A stretch of DNA of 64,000 nucleotides. Source: a virus. Taxonomy: Duplodnaviria > Caudoviricetes. The translations under genes and the position numbers were made by a program. The notes below the pieces were generated by a model. That model ran no database searches, was not told the origin of the DNA, and was given only the letters and a program-made list of their open reading frames with translations. Positions 43,639 to 54,413 of the stretch are shown here, piece by piece; positions within the stretch are counted from its first letter, which is position 1; each line of letters begins with the position of its first letter. The stretch is from the IMG/VR virus record IMGVR_UViG_3300024346_000006; one strand, written 5' to 3'.

Positions 43639-44597
43639 TTCCAGTCACACTCTACCATTAGTTCAGTAAGACATGCAACTAGATTGATTTCCTGATCTGC
43701 AACAAAGGCAGACTTATACGAATACTCTGCAATCGTTACAACTGCCTGAGGTATGGAAGATGGTTCCATATGATCGTATAATCCATCGTAGATACTTCTA
43801 AACAAAGTATTAGGGTCATTATCTAAATTTTGATTTACCCATCCACGCATATCAGTAAACTTTTTATCTTTTAGAGCGGATACCAATTTACCAAGATTGA
43901 TTTCGCCAACACTAGTCAGAAGGCCTTCATCAATCTCTCCACCTATAGAGTAACGTTGTAACTCATTTAAAACTCTTCGCCAATCTGGGAAGTGTTTCAT
44001 TACAAGTTGTTGGATAACTTTTTCTTTATACTTGATATTCTCGTTATCAAGAATCTTAAGAACCCTGTTATAAAAACCAGAAGCAAGTTTTGGTTTATCT
44101 TTTTTTGCAATCTTAAACTCTACTAGAGAACACCTACTATGAAGTGGTTCGATGATGCGATTTTTAAAATTACAAGTGAGAATAAATCTGCAATTGCCTG
44201 AGAATTCTTCGATAAACCCACGCAAAGCAGGCTGAGTCGATTGCGGATTGAGATAGTCTGCCTCATCTAAAATAATAACCTTTCCAAATTCTGCATCATC
44301 ACTGGCGCTAAAACTTACAGTCGATGCATAGTTTCTAATCTTAGTTCTAAGAGTGTCGATGTTTCCATCTTCAGAACCATTCACTAATATGTAGTCAACA
44401 TTAAGTTCTTCACACAACGCCCTTGCAACAGTCGTTTTACCGATGCCAGGCCCTCCTGCAAGGAGTAGGTTAGGAAGACTACCGTTTTCTATAAACTCTT
44501 TGAAGGACGCCTTTAGGTCGTCCGGCAAGATACATTCGTCAATGGTTTTAGGGCGATATGACTCTACCCATAGATAATTCTCAGAACCCATTATCAC
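43635..44597 (-). CDS. gp44: Clamp-loader large subunit (gp44)
   Basis: LWVESYRPKTIDECILP, GPGIGKT, IILDEAD, SRC. Confidence 0.97.
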   Translation of the reverse strand: MIMGSENYLWVESYRPKTIDECILPDDLKASFKEFIENGSLPNLLLAGGPGIGKTTVARALCEELNVDYILVNGSEDGNIDTLRTKIRNYASTVSFSASDDAEFGKVIILDEADYLNPQSTQPALRGFIEEFSGNCRFILTCNFKNRIIEPLHSRCSLVEFKIAKKDKPKLASGFYNRVLKILDNENIKYKEKVIQQLVMKHFPDWRRVLNELQRYSIGGEIDEGLLTSVGEINLGKLVSALKDKKFTDMRGWVNQNLDNDPNTLFRSIYDGLYDHMEPSSIPQAVVTIAEYSYKSAFVADQEINLVACLTELMVECDWK

Positions 44598-45292
44598 TCT
44601 CCGTAAACAGAATCTTGTTCAAGTGTAATCCAATACTGAATGGGAAGTTTCTGATGACGGAAAGTAGAGATTTTATTCTTAGAAATACTTACAGAATAAT
44701 CACCTTCGATAAGTTTCAAGTTCTCAGACTTGAAAAACATTCTAAAGTTTTTATCGCTCACACCAACTGGTTCTTTTGCAACATTAGAGGTGTCATCTTT
44801 CTTGTCTAATGCACACAAGAATACCTTTTCATCATCACCAGTTTCCAAAGAAAAATCTGGAAGTCCACTTATAGATGCAACTTTATTGATTGTAGAAAGT
44901 GTTGCACTAGGAATACTAACATCAATATCCCATGTTGGAGATGGTTTAGAGCCTGATGGATTGTTTTCTGACCCATCTAGTTCAAATGTATTTTCTGTAT
45001 ATACAATAATAGACGGTTCTGCAGCATAGAACTTATAACTCTTTTCGCCATTATACATCATCACTTGCTTTTCTTGAAATTCAATTTCTGGGTATACTGA
45101 CAACAGATTTAAAAACTTCGTCAAATCATAGATACAAAAATCTACTGGAAATTCTTCAGTCACATCTGCAGCTGCAAGGATATTTCGCATCACGGAAATA
45201 GTCGAAATTCGATTACCTTTTTTAAGATAAACCGACTGATTAATAGTAGAATAATTTTTTAGAATATTCTGGGTTGTTTCACTCAATCTCAT
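44594..45292 (-). CDS. gp45: Sliding clamp (gp45; start revised to 45292)
   Basis: MRLSETTQNILKNYSTINQS...IYDLTKFL...YWITLE. Confidence 0.92.
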   Translation of the reverse strand: MRLSETTQNILKNYSTINQSVYLKKGNRISTISVMRNILAAADVTEEFPVDFCIYDLTKFLNLLSVYPEIEFQEKQVMMYNGEKSYKFYAAEPSIIVYTENTFELDGSENNPSGSKPSPTWDIDVSIPSATLSTINKVASISGLPDFSLETGDDEKVFLCALDKKDDTSNVAKEPVGVSDKNFRMFFKSENLKLIEGDYSVSISKNKISTFRHQKLPIQYWITLEQDSVYGE

Positions 45293-45578
45293 TTTTAGTT
45301 TCTCCATATGTTTTATCATGATTAAATAAAGCTAGTATACCATAATGAATGATTTTCATCAAGTCTTTTCTGTAATCTTCTGGCGTTTCGCCTTTTTTTC
45401 CATATCGATTGGAATATTTGTCAATATTTCCCATACAGAATCCTTCACCATGACCACGGGCCATGATTACTTCTGTAGACTGGAAAGTATTTTCAGAATA
45501 ATGTCCTTCATATGTTTTGTCAATGTATGCCCGAATTTCTTCGAGCAATACATCTTCGTTGAATTTATAATCTATCAA
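45279..45578 (-). CDS. Conserved phage protein (SaV-like, 99 aa)
   Basis: TYEGHY, GFCMGNIDKYSNRYGKKG, DLMKIIHY. Confidence 0.7.
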   Translation of the reverse strand: MIDYKFNEDVLLEEIRAYIDKTYEGHYSENTFQSTEVIMARGHGEGFCMGNIDKYSNRYGKKGETPEDYRKDLMKIIHYGILALFNHDKTYGETKNEIE

Positions 45579-46717
45579 AATGGTTCCTCATTGAATAGTT
45601 CATCATCATTAGTTCCCATGTTTGCGACATCTTCACCACCGTTAATCTTGGTGAATAGGTCAACAAAGGATGACTTTGTATCTTCATCAAAACGATTTGT
45701 ACAAAGTTCTACTGCCTTGAACACATCACCAAAGATTGAATATGTCTCGACAATGTGGACTAGACGGCGAGTAGAAATAATTTCATCGATACCACCTTCT
45801 TCAAAGGTTCGGCGAATTGCAGAAGCCCAAGTAGTAAGGTCTTCGATAATTTTTGTTTCTTCAGAACCTACCTTACCAAAGGAAGTAAGATGGTTTGTAA
45901 GAATTTTCTTCTCTACTGGTTGAGTAGGATACTCCTGTTCAAAGGTCACTTTGAATCGTTCCAAGAACGCCTCATTCAGAACGTTAGTACCGATAAACCG
46001 ACCATCATCAGAACCTTTACCTTTTGTGTTTGCAGTTGCGATAACTGTAAACCCAGGCGCAGGGCGAACCATGCGGTTATCTTTCTTTAGGTAAACTCCC
46101 TTACCATCAATGATAGATTGTAGACACATAATCTTGTTTGATGCAAGGTCAATTTCATCAAGAATAAGAACAGCACCACGTTCCATTGCATCAACAACAG
46201 GGCCTTGCGAAAAGACTACATTACCATCAACAAGGGTTTTATCCCCCAACAAATCTGATTCATCAGTTTCGATAGTAATTGGAACAGTAATACATTCACG
46301 TTTCAGTTGGGCGCAAAGTTGTTGAGAACCGTAGGTTTTACCATTTCCAGAAAGTCCAGTAATGAAAACAGGATAAAAGATTTGTGATGAAAGAATCTTT
46401 TTCATATCATTGTAGAACCCAAACTTAACAAAGTTTGGATCTTTTTCTGGAACCAATGATTCTGTATGACGTTCTGGCATCGATACTGCCGACTTTTTTG
46501 TTTTTGTAATAGGGACAACGTTGCCTGTAATCATGTTGAACACATTACTTACATTATAGGAACCATGTCCTTGACGGTTTTGTGTTTTGCATAGCCATTG
46601 GGGAGTTGCCTCACCAAAACCTTCTGCTTCTGCAAGGATGTCTTTTTTACGGACAACACTACCATACTTGGTTTGGAGTTTTGAAAGGAACTCTACCTTT
46701 TTGTCTTTATTCCACAT
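45575..46717 (-). CDS. cobS: CobS/MoxR-like AAA+ ATPase
   Basis: GLSGNGKT, LILDEID, ATANTKG, LNEAFLERF. Confidence 0.85.
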   Translation of the reverse strand: MWNKDKKVEFLSKLQTKYGSVVRKKDILAEAEGFGEATPQWLCKTQNRQGHGSYNVSNVFNMITGNVVPITKTKKSAVSMPERHTESLVPEKDPNFVKFGFYNDMKKILSSQIFYPVFITGLSGNGKTYGSQQLCAQLKRECITVPITIETDESDLLGDKTLVDGNVVFSQGPVVDAMERGAVLILDEIDLASNKIMCLQSIIDGKGVYLKKDNRMVRPAPGFTVIATANTKGKGSDDGRFIGTNVLNEAFLERFKVTFEQEYPTQPVEKKILTNHLTSFGKVGSEETKIIEDLTTWASAIRRTFEEGGIDEIISTRRLVHIVETYSIFGDVFKAVELCTNRFDEDTKSSFVDLFTKINGGEDVANMGTNDDELFNEEPF

Positions 46718-46764
46718 TATATATTCTCCACAGGGAAGGTTTCACAAATCATCATTTCAAGTAT

Positions 46765-46793
46765 ATAATACCAAAAACTACTAGGGTTGTCAA
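46765..46793 (-). promoter_or_regulatory. Sigma70-type promoter TTGACA-N17-TATTAT
   Basis: Exact -35 and spacer upstream of the cobS-like gene. Confidence 0.8.
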
Positions 46794-46806
46794 TAGTTTT
46801 TGGCAT

Positions 46807-49056
46807 TTATTTCACCAAATCAACAAATTTATTTAAAAGTTGGCGACTGGTTTTTTTCTTGGATTGGAATTTTGCAAACTGTTTTGCAATTTTTGCGTTA
46901 GTCATATCATCACGAACTTCCAATTCATCTTCACTGCCTTGATTACGCATATCAAGAATGTAATACTCATCATATCCGCACTTAGTAGCTGTCAAGAAAC
47001 CCTTGGTACGAGACTCTTTTAAGTATGATGAAACAGCAGTCCAATCATTTTGTTTATCCATATAGTTATAGATAGCGCTTTTCAAATCTCGAATATTGTT
47101 CACAACATAAAACCCAATAGAAGCGGCACTATGTTTCTTTTTCATATAATCCAAATATGCATCAGTCTGACTATGTTTTTTTGTATCATAAGAAAAGAAT
47201 GTTCCTGTATTCTTATCCTTTACAAAAACTAAGGTGGATTTGTGAGTGCGGCGCCAGCTGAATATATTATGAGAGATATATCTATGTCCGTCAGAAGATT
47301 CGGCGACTTGTTCAAAATGATCTCCTGCCTCACCATCTGTCAAAACTACAAAACTCATTTTTTGCACCGAGTTTTCTTTACGAAACCGTTCTACTACTCT
47401 ATCCAGAATAATTAAAGAATCGTTAAGAGGAGTTCCCCCCATACGGTATTGTTCCAGTTCATAAGTCACGCCGTATATACAGTATACATTCGCATATGCA
47501 AGATTGATATATTGGCGACATGCCTCATAGAAATCTGATTTTTTCATTTTATGAGACAACATGCAGTGAAGTTTTACATTTTGGGATAAAACATGATCTC
47601 CTACTTCTAGAGAATCCAAGATTGCATGTTTATCACCTCTAGAACGATTTTGATCACTGAAGTTGTAAACCTCAAAAGGAATTCCAACTCGGCGACAGAA
47701 TGTTGCAAGAATAATTGTCTGTTCTACTGTTTTAACCAATTGACGATGCATAGAACCTGACCAGTCAACAAGCATAACCATACCATGGTTTTTACCTTCT
47801 GGAATGACACTTTTCTTTTTAAAGATATCGTCATTCAGTTGGAAACTCCAGAGTTTGTTAGAGTTGATATTACCAGACTTTGCAATATAACTTTTCGCAT
47901 ACTCATCAGCAGATTTCTTCATTTCAAATTCTTTTACAAGATAAGAAATTGTTTTATTATGTTTTGCAAGAAGATTAGTGTACGAGTTTGTCCAATGGTT
48001 CTTCATTTTTTCAGTTGCAATCAAACTCATATCTAACTTCTTTGCAAGATCATCACGAACTTCAGTCCACTGAATAATATAATCATTTACATTGAATTTT
48101 GGAATATCAAGATATGTGATAGTTGCTTCATGATCTATCAATTCTTTAAGTGCATCTGCAAGGTCGGTTGCTGTCTTAGAAACAAACTCACTATCATTAA
48201 GTCCAGAACCACCTTCCTTACCACCAATAGATGTTTTGGAAGTTTTTTCACTGGCTGATGGAGAACCACTGTTTGCAGAAACTTTCTCTTCTGAAGAAGA
48301 GTCAGAACCCTCATCATCACTTTCATTTTCTGAATTTTTTTCTTGACTAGCATCACCACTACCGTCAGTATCTTCAATCTCTTCAGAACTATCAGAAGAA
48401 GTATCAATACTTTGTTCATCTGGATTTTCTTCTGCATCAGATGGTGCAAAAGAACTTTGCATCTGATTTTCTTTTTCTTTTTTTACTTTTTCAGAAATGA
48501 AATTAAAGATTTCTTCTGAAACATCAGCAACTTCCGCAAATGTTTCGGTTTCGGCAACCATCTTTACATATGAGAGTTCTTCTGCAGTAAAGTAACCTTT
48601 TAGGTCATACTGGTTCGAAGGATACTTAAAGAACACATTGATTTTATCGATAAATGACATATTACCGAAATCAGTGATTCCGAAAAAGTCTTTATCATGA
48701 AGTTCATCATAACCTTTAAAGAAAGATGAACGCAAGCCGGGAAACTTTCGTTTCATTAATTTTTCAATTCGAGCATCTTCTACAACATTAACAAACGCTT
48801 TATTAGAACGTTTAATTGCATTTTCTAAAACACCTTCATCTGCGGGGGTATATAAAGCATGTCCCACCTCATGTCCTACCAGTAGGTCATAAAGTGTACC
48901 AGACATATCTTTCCAAAGAGGGAGGGCAAGAACACGATTTCTTACATCAAAGTAAGCAGTCTCAATATTCTTGTGTTGAACCGAAATGTTTTCTTCTGCC
49001 ATTAGTTTGGCAAGAAGACTTTTCGAATTCTTTGTAAACATCACAACATCATTCAT
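46807..49056 (-). CDS. cobT: CobT-like protein: HExxH metallopeptidase-like domain, acidic linker, vWA domain
   Basis: LLVGHEVGHALYT...NVVEDARIE; D/E/S linker; LVDWSGSM MIDAS, GGTPL, VVLTDGE. Confidence 0.75.
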   Translation of the reverse strand: MNDVVMFTKNSKSLLAKLMAEENISVQHKNIETAYFDVRNRVLALPLWKDMSGTLYDLLVGHEVGHALYTPADEGVLENAIKRSNKAFVNVVEDARIEKLMKRKFPGLRSSFFKGYDELHDKDFFGITDFGNMSFIDKINVFFKYPSNQYDLKGYFTAEELSYVKMVAETETFAEVADVSEEIFNFISEKVKKEKENQMQSSFAPSDAEENPDEQSIDTSSDSSEEIEDTDGSGDASQEKNSENESDDEGSDSSSEEKVSANSGSPSASEKTSKTSIGGKEGGSGLNDSEFVSKTATDLADALKELIDHEATITYLDIPKFNVNDYIIQWTEVRDDLAKKLDMSLIATEKMKNHWTNSYTNLLAKHNKTISYLVKEFEMKKSADEYAKSYIAKSGNINSNKLWSFQLNDDIFKKKSVIPEGKNHGMVMLVDWSGSMHRQLVKTVEQTIILATFCRRVGIPFEVYNFSDQNRSRGDKHAILDSLEVGDHVLSQNVKLHCMLSHKMKKSDFYEACRQYINLAYANVYCIYGVTYELEQYRMGGTPLNDSLIILDRVVERFRKENSVQKMSFVVLTDGEAGDHFEQVAESSDGHRYISHNIFSWRRTHKSTLVFVKDKNTGTFFSYDTKKHSQTDAYLDYMKKKHSAASIGFYVVNNIRDLKSAIYNYMDKQNDWTAVSSYLKESRTKGFLTATKCGYDEYYILDMRNQGSEDELEVRDDMTNAKIAKQFAKFQSKKKTSRQLLNKFVDLVK

Positions 49057-49093
49057 ATCAAAAATCCCATATAGAGAACCAAATCACTATATG

Positions 49094-49122
49094 ATGATCT
49101 CATATTATAGGGGGTTTGTCAA
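49094..49122 (-). promoter_or_regulatory. Probable sigma70-type promoter TTGACA-N17-GATCAT
   Basis: Exact -35 with the same AAAAAGTGC flank as the 13679 promoter; weak -10. Confidence 0.45.
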
Positions 49123-49129
49123 GCACTTT

Positions 49130-50464
49130 TTAGAAAAAATTATCTAAACTTATCACTCTTTTGTGTCGAAACATGTCAAAATCGTCTTTATCCTTTTGAA
49201 AACACCAGACATTTTCCATATAAATTTTATTCATAAAAGTATTCATTTTTTCTTTATCAAAATTACCATCTTCATCAGAAAATACCGCCTTTCCTTGGGG
49301 TCGTTGCATAATTCGCATACCAACCTGGCCAGTAAACGAATCACTCAACATATCGACAAGTTCATCACCAGAACGATATCTTTTACCTTTAATCTTGGGA
49401 TCCATGATGTTTATCATCATATGTCCACCACTTCTAAGAGAATCGAATGTGTTTTGAGATACTGGTAAATAAAAATCATCTCTCCACGATTCATATTCAT
49501 TAAACTTTGCCCAAGATTGATCTTCAGAGTGTTCACCACCTTCATTATACCTTTCTGTTGAAAAATATGGAGGCGAAGTAAATGCACAATCAATATCCCC
49601 AATATCATGCCATGGCAAATTTTCTGCACCGCAGCGATAAAATATACAAGTCTTCTTGTCACCATAAAGTGCAAAATAATCTTCCTTGTCTACAATTTCA
49701 TAGGAGTTACCTATTAACTTAGAGTATTCTTGTGCCTGTATTTTATAATTCTTGAATGTGTTTGGATTTGGGTCACAACCAATATAAAGTGTTGCATTCG
49801 AACAAAAGAATCCTGCAAGTCTATCACCCCAACCCATCGAAGTATCCAAAACTCTCTTTGCGGCAGTCATTTCATATATACACTTTGCAACTAACGGTTT
49901 AAACTGCGTGGCGATGTATGTACCAAGTCTAAACGCCATCATGTACTGTTTGTTGGTTAATTCCCAACTATCGTTCACACCTCGCCAGATGGGGCCTAGC
50001 ACCCCCCAAATGTTATCACCCTCATTCCATCTATCTACTGGCGACTTGTATCCATAAGAACCACAGGACATTCTCTGTTTATTTTGAAAATAATCACTCA
50101 CTTCATTGAAAACAGATGGGGCATCAATCAATCCAATACCATATTCTTTAAAGGAATATTTGTAATCATCGTATTTTTCAATAACCTCTTTTTGTATATT
50201 TTCTACTGGAGAGATATAGTCTGAATAATCTACAGACTTTAATTTTCTAAATTTAGAAACAAGTTCATCATATGAAAAATCTTTATATGGAAATAGAGGT
50301 TTCTCGTTTGTTATGTACTCTGCAACCGTTGATCTAAAAACATCACGACCATATTTTTCTGTTGCAATCTGAAACATTGTACTATCCATAACGGGCAATC
50401 TATTTTCATTTGTAATCTTAAATAAAAAATTATAAAGTTCTTTGTCACTATCTGTTTTCATCAA
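49130..50464 (-). CDS. DNA amino-methyltransferase-like protein (motif I before IV)
   Basis: VLDTSMGWGDRLAG, YIGCDPN, AFTSPPYFSTERY. Confidence 0.8.
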   Translation of the reverse strand: MMKTDSDKELYNFLFKITNENRLPVMDSTMFQIATEKYGRDVFRSTVAEYITNEKPLFPYKDFSYDELVSKFRKLKSVDYSDYISPVENIQKEVIEKYDDYKYSFKEYGIGLIDAPSVFNEVSDYFQNKQRMSCGSYGYKSPVDRWNEGDNIWGVLGPIWRGVNDSWELTNKQYMMAFRLGTYIATQFKPLVAKCIYEMTAAKRVLDTSMGWGDRLAGFFCSNATLYIGCDPNPNTFKNYKIQAQEYSKLIGNSYEIVDKEDYFALYGDKKTCIFYRCGAENLPWHDIGDIDCAFTSPPYFSTERYNEGGEHSEDQSWAKFNEYESWRDDFYLPVSQNTFDSLRSGGHMMINIMDPKIKGKRYRSGDELVDMLSDSFTGQVGMRIMQRPQGKAVFSDEDGNFDKEKMNTFMNKIYMENVWCFQKDKDDFDMFRHKRVISLDNFF

Positions 50465-51114
50465 AAATGTCCAATCAATGTGTTGTTTTCGTCTGCAATT
50501 CTTTCAAGAGATAAAAGATATGTCTCTCGTAAAAGTTCCGAACCATAATATTGTCTATTACTTCTAATACAAGCAACTGCAGTTGTGCCACTACCCATAA
50601 AAGGATCATAAACTATATCATTCTCTTTAGTATAATTCAAAATGCATCTTTTTGCAATAGATATTGGCATCCCATATGAATATTTTTTATATTTCTCGCC
50701 ATATCCATCGAACCATACATCTGGTTTAAATTCTTTTGACATGTACTGTTTTACTTTACCTTTACCAAAAGTCATTACATTGCCATACGTTAATCTATAT
50801 AAATCGACTTTATCGGTTTTAACCCATATCTTATGAGTCAATAAGTTATATCCTAAACAACTCATCGAATGTTTCAGAATACTAGATTTTGGGACGATAG
50901 TACCATTGTATTTTCTGTCGGTAAAGGCAATGGTAAATGCACTACTTTTTGGCCTTGCTGCACGAAAAACCTCAATTAAAAAATCTTGATAAAGTTCTGG
51001 TTTGGATGGGTCTATACCTATTTCTTCAAAGTCTGGTGGACTTGTAAAAAGATAATCATATTCCAATTCACTAATACAGTCCTTATAATCACCCAATATT
51101 AATTTACTTTTCAT
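50461..51114 (-). CDS. Beta-class DNA amino-methyltransferase-like protein
   Basis: LFTSPPDF (variant motif IV), VYDPFMGSGTT, YGSEL. Confidence 0.8.
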   Translation of the reverse strand: MKSKLILGDYKDCISELEYDYLFTSPPDFEEIGIDPSKPELYQDFLIEVFRAARPKSSAFTIAFTDRKYNGTIVPKSSILKHSMSCLGYNLLTHKIWVKTDKVDLYRLTYGNVMTFGKGKVKQYMSKEFKPDVWFDGYGEKYKKYSYGMPISIAKRCILNYTKENDIVYDPFMGSGTTAVACIRSNRQYYGSELLRETYLLSLERIADENNTLIGHF

Positions 51115-52832
51115 TATGTATTTTGTCCAATCCTACTAAATCCTTTTACCTTTTCGAATCTAACAACACTATGAAACTTGTCATATAGTATATCACCCTT
51201 ATGACTGATAACAAAAACGTTATTACCACCTAAAGTATTTAGCAGTTTTAAAAACTCATCTGTTCCAGTTGCATCCAAAGAACTATCAAACACCTCATCA
51301 AGAATAAGTAAGTTGGTATTAACACTATTCTTCATCCGAGCGATTTCTCTCCAAGTAAAAAGAAGTGCAAGGTCGATACGCATTTTTTCACCTTCAGAGA
51401 AAGAAGGATATGTGAAGTTTTCCCTTGCTCTAGACTTAATATTCTCAGAGAATTTTTCATCTAAGGTAAAATTAATATAAAAATCCATCTCTTGCAAATG
51501 CTTGTTTATCAACTTATTCATAATTGGTAAGTAGTATTTTACAATAGAAGTTTTTACTCCAGTATCCTTTAGGAACTGAGATGCAACGTTATAATAATTT
51601 CTAGTATCTACGAATTCTCTTCTCTTAGAATCTAAATCCTTTGCCAGTTTTCTAAGTTCTTTTAGTTCCTCTTCTAAAGAATTCATATTGTCATTATTGT
51701 TTTCTGCATCCTCAATTTCTTTTTCAATTTCATCGATACTATCTTGGATAAACGAAAAGGTGTTCATGTTAGAACTCTTCTTATTGTTTAACTCTAGTAT
51801 TTCCTTTTTAATAGTCTCAATTTCTTGTATTCTTTCTTGTGTTGTATCTAACTCTTTTTTAAGATCCAACAAGGCACTTTCGATTTCTTCTTTCTTAGTA
51901 TTTTTAGAAGAGATTATTTCGTGTTTATGTTCATCTTCAATATCTTGTTGACATGAAGGACAAACATCTTTACTCTCAAACCAATTAATATCCCCATCTA
52001 TTTTGGAAATATTATTATGCAGTTGAGTATCTAACTTTTCTAATTTTTTATTTTTTGTTACTGACTTTACTTCATCTCCAATAGAAAGGGCCAGTGCAGA
52101 TACTTTACTATCATACTCTTCATTTTCAGATAATATTTTTTTCTGTTGAAGTTTCTTATCTTTAATTTTTGTTTTGTTTTGTTTGATGGAGGCAGACTTA
52201 TCTTCATTTAACTGTTGAATATTTCTTTCCTGCAAATCAATCTTATAATCTTGCAATTCTCTTTCTTTTTCATTCTCAAACAATTCGTCTTTCAGTACTG
52301 TAGATCTTGTTTTAAGAATTTCATTCATTGCCGAAAATATTTTGATGTCAAGAATATCTTCAATAATATCTCTTCGATCATTGGCATTTAATTGCATGAA
52401 AGGAACAAAGGTTGCACTACCTAAAATAACTGTTTGAGTAAAAGATTTGAAATTGAGTTTAAGAATGTTTTCTTCTAGATAGATTTGACTGTCCCTAATC
52501 TTAGAGTCTTGATCTAACATCTTACCATCGATATAAACTTCGAATATATTTGGTTTGATCGCTCGTCTTACCAAATACTCTCGTTTACCTATCGAAAACT
52601 CAATTTCGATTACACAATCTTTTTCATTTACAGTATTAACAAGTTGGGGTTTGTTAATTTTACGGAAAGGTTTGCCGAATAGTCCAAATGTGAGTGCATC
52701 CAGTATGGTAGATTTTCCTGCACCATTCTCTCCAACAATTAAAGTTGATGCAGTCCTGTTTAGTTGTATCTCTGTAAAATTGTCACCTGTTGATAAAAAG
52801 TTTTTCCATCTAATCTTTTTAAATTCAATCAT
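51114..52832 (-). CDS. gp46: Recombination exonuclease ATPase subunit (gp46, SbcC-like)
   Basis: GENGAGKST, CPSC hook, FSEGEKMRIDLAL, LILDEVFD. Confidence 0.97.
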   Translation of the reverse strand: MIEFKKIRWKNFLSTGDNFTEIQLNRTASTLIVGENGAGKSTILDALTFGLFGKPFRKINKPQLVNTVNEKDCVIEIEFSIGKREYLVRRAIKPNIFEVYIDGKMLDQDSKIRDSQIYLEENILKLNFKSFTQTVILGSATFVPFMQLNANDRRDIIEDILDIKIFSAMNEILKTRSTVLKDELFENEKERELQDYKIDLQERNIQQLNEDKSASIKQNKTKIKDKKLQQKKILSENEEYDSKVSALALSIGDEVKSVTKNKKLEKLDTQLHNNISKIDGDINWFESKDVCPSCQQDIEDEHKHEIISSKNTKKEEIESALLDLKKELDTTQERIQEIETIKKEILELNNKKSSNMNTFSFIQDSIDEIEKEIEDAENNNDNMNSLEEELKELRKLAKDLDSKRREFVDTRNYYNVASQFLKDTGVKTSIVKYYLPIMNKLINKHLQEMDFYINFTLDEKFSENIKSRARENFTYPSFSEGEKMRIDLALLFTWREIARMKNSVNTNLLILDEVFDSSLDATGTDEFLKLLNTLGGNNVFVISHKGDILYDKFHSVVRFEKVKGFSRIGQNT

Positions 52833-53858
52833 CTACACACCTCTCAATGCAGAAACATACAAGTCTTGCATGATACCTTTTAACTTGTTTTTATCTACAT
52901 CGATTTCGTAATTATCAATATAATTTGTCAATAGTGACATTGTATCTTCGGTTGCATCAATATCAGAGGCCTCTTCAAAATCCCATTCAGTCGAATCATC
53001 AACAATGGATAAATCAGCAACTTCATTCTTATAAAGTTCATCCACAAAAACATCAAACTTATAAGAGTCTGTTCTGTTTTTTACGATTAACTTAACATAT
53101 TTGTCTTTGTATTTACTTGCAGAAACTTTTTTATCTTCATCATAATAAACTTTATGAAACATTTTATATGGGTTTATAATATGTTCTAGTTCTGTTGTTT
53201 CAGTGTCAAAAATATGAAAACCTCTTTTGTCATTACAATCAACCCATGTAATTTCATATGGATTTCCTAAGTAATGAATGTTTCCGTTATGGGATTTATG
53301 ATGGAAGTGGCCAGACATCACAATATCAAAATTATTGAACAATTTCTTATCCATTCCGTCATGACACATCAATCCAGCACCCATTTCAAATCCTGCGATT
53401 TCAAGATGACCCATTGCAATCTTTGCTTTGGTTTTCTTTAAATGAGATATTGTGTTATCATAATTTTCTGAATTAATCCAAGGAATAAAACATACATCTG
53501 TTCCGTCAAAATTTAGAGTTGTAGTTTCGGTGTAAATTTTTAATTCGTCACCAAATAATTGTTCCATTGAGTTGATTCGATTTGTATTCTTATAATACAC
53601 ATCATGATTACCAATGATGAAATAGGTATCGTATTCCTTTAAACGCTCAATAAATCTACTCTTAAACCCATCTAAAATATTATAGTTGATAAACTTTCTT
53701 CTGTCGGTTACATCACCTAAATGAATAACCGTGTCAATTCCATTCTTTTCAAGATAGGGGAAAAAGACATTATCATAAAATTCCAAAAAATAATTATGAA
53801 ATAGGATAGAGTCACCTCGGGCTCCAAAATGAGTGTCAGTAATCAATGCAATTTTCAT
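52833..53858 (-). CDS. gp47: Recombination nuclease subunit (gp47, SbcD-like)
   Basis: ITDTHFG, HLGDVTD, IGNHD, GHLE, SGHFHH. Confidence 0.97.
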   Translation of the reverse strand: MKIALITDTHFGARGDSILFHNYFLEFYDNVFFPYLEKNGIDTVIHLGDVTDRRKFINYNILDGFKSRFIERLKEYDTYFIIGNHDVYYKNTNRINSMEQLFGDELKIYTETTTLNFDGTDVCFIPWINSENYDNTISHLKKTKAKIAMGHLEIAGFEMGAGLMCHDGMDKKLFNNFDIVMSGHFHHKSHNGNIHYLGNPYEITWVDCNDKRGFHIFDTETTELEHIINPYKMFHKVYYDEDKKVSASKYKDKYVKLIVKNRTDSYKFDVFVDELYKNEVADLSIVDDSTEWDFEEASDIDATEDTMSLLTNYIDNYEIDVDKNKLKGIMQDLYVSALRGV

Positions 53859-53864
53859 TATAAA

Positions 53865-54413
53865 TTATGCTTCCTTTTTCTGTCTTTTCTCTTTTGCCTT
53901 CTCTTTCTTTTTCCTCTGAGTTTCTTCAAATTCTGCAAGAAATTCATCCATGTTGCTGTGTATGAAATCCATGACGCCTCTTTTTATCGGGCCAGCTGGG
54001 CCGGACATTACCTCATCAAGAAGTTCTTGATTCTCCATAGACTTATACTTAACATAAGATTGTTTCTTTTCCTTCTGAATTCTTCGAATAAACGCATAGT
54101 AAATAATTTGAGTAAAATACGCAAAAGGATTTGATGATTTTGCTGGATCGAAGTTATCAATATACAACAAACAATTTTCTATCCCATCAGAGATCATTTC
54201 ATCTTTGTATGTGTAGTTGATAAAGTTTGGTTTATAGGACAAATGTTGTGCAATTTTCATAATGCACTCGCCTATATAGTTGGGGACTCTTGGACGTTCT
54301 GACCCGTCTTCCTTCGATTGTTTGACCGCATCCTTATACTTTCGCATCTCTTGAAGAAGGAGCTTGTTGTCAACATAATGATTTCTCTTAGTTTTATCTT
54401 TAGTTTTTGGCAT
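53865..54413 (-). CDS. gp55: Late-transcription sigma factor (gp55)
   Basis: NHYVDNK, YIGECIMKIA, NFINYTYKDEMISDGIE, NPFAYFTQI. Confidence 0.97.
   Translation of the reverse strand: MPKTKDKTKRNHYVDNKLLLQEMRKYKDAVKQSKEDGSERPRVPNYIGECIMKIAQHLSYKPNFINYTYKDEMISDGIENCLLYIDNFDPAKSSNPFAYFTQIIYYAFIRRIQKEKKQSYVKYKSMENQELLDEVMSGPAGPIKRGVMDFIHSNMDEFLAEFEETQRKKKEKAKEKRQKKEA

Noticed and set aside
45575-49056. Cobalamin biosynthesis as an auxiliary metabolic pathway
   Set aside because: No cobN or other cob genes are in the window; the CobS/CobT names reflect AAA+/vWA family similarity only.
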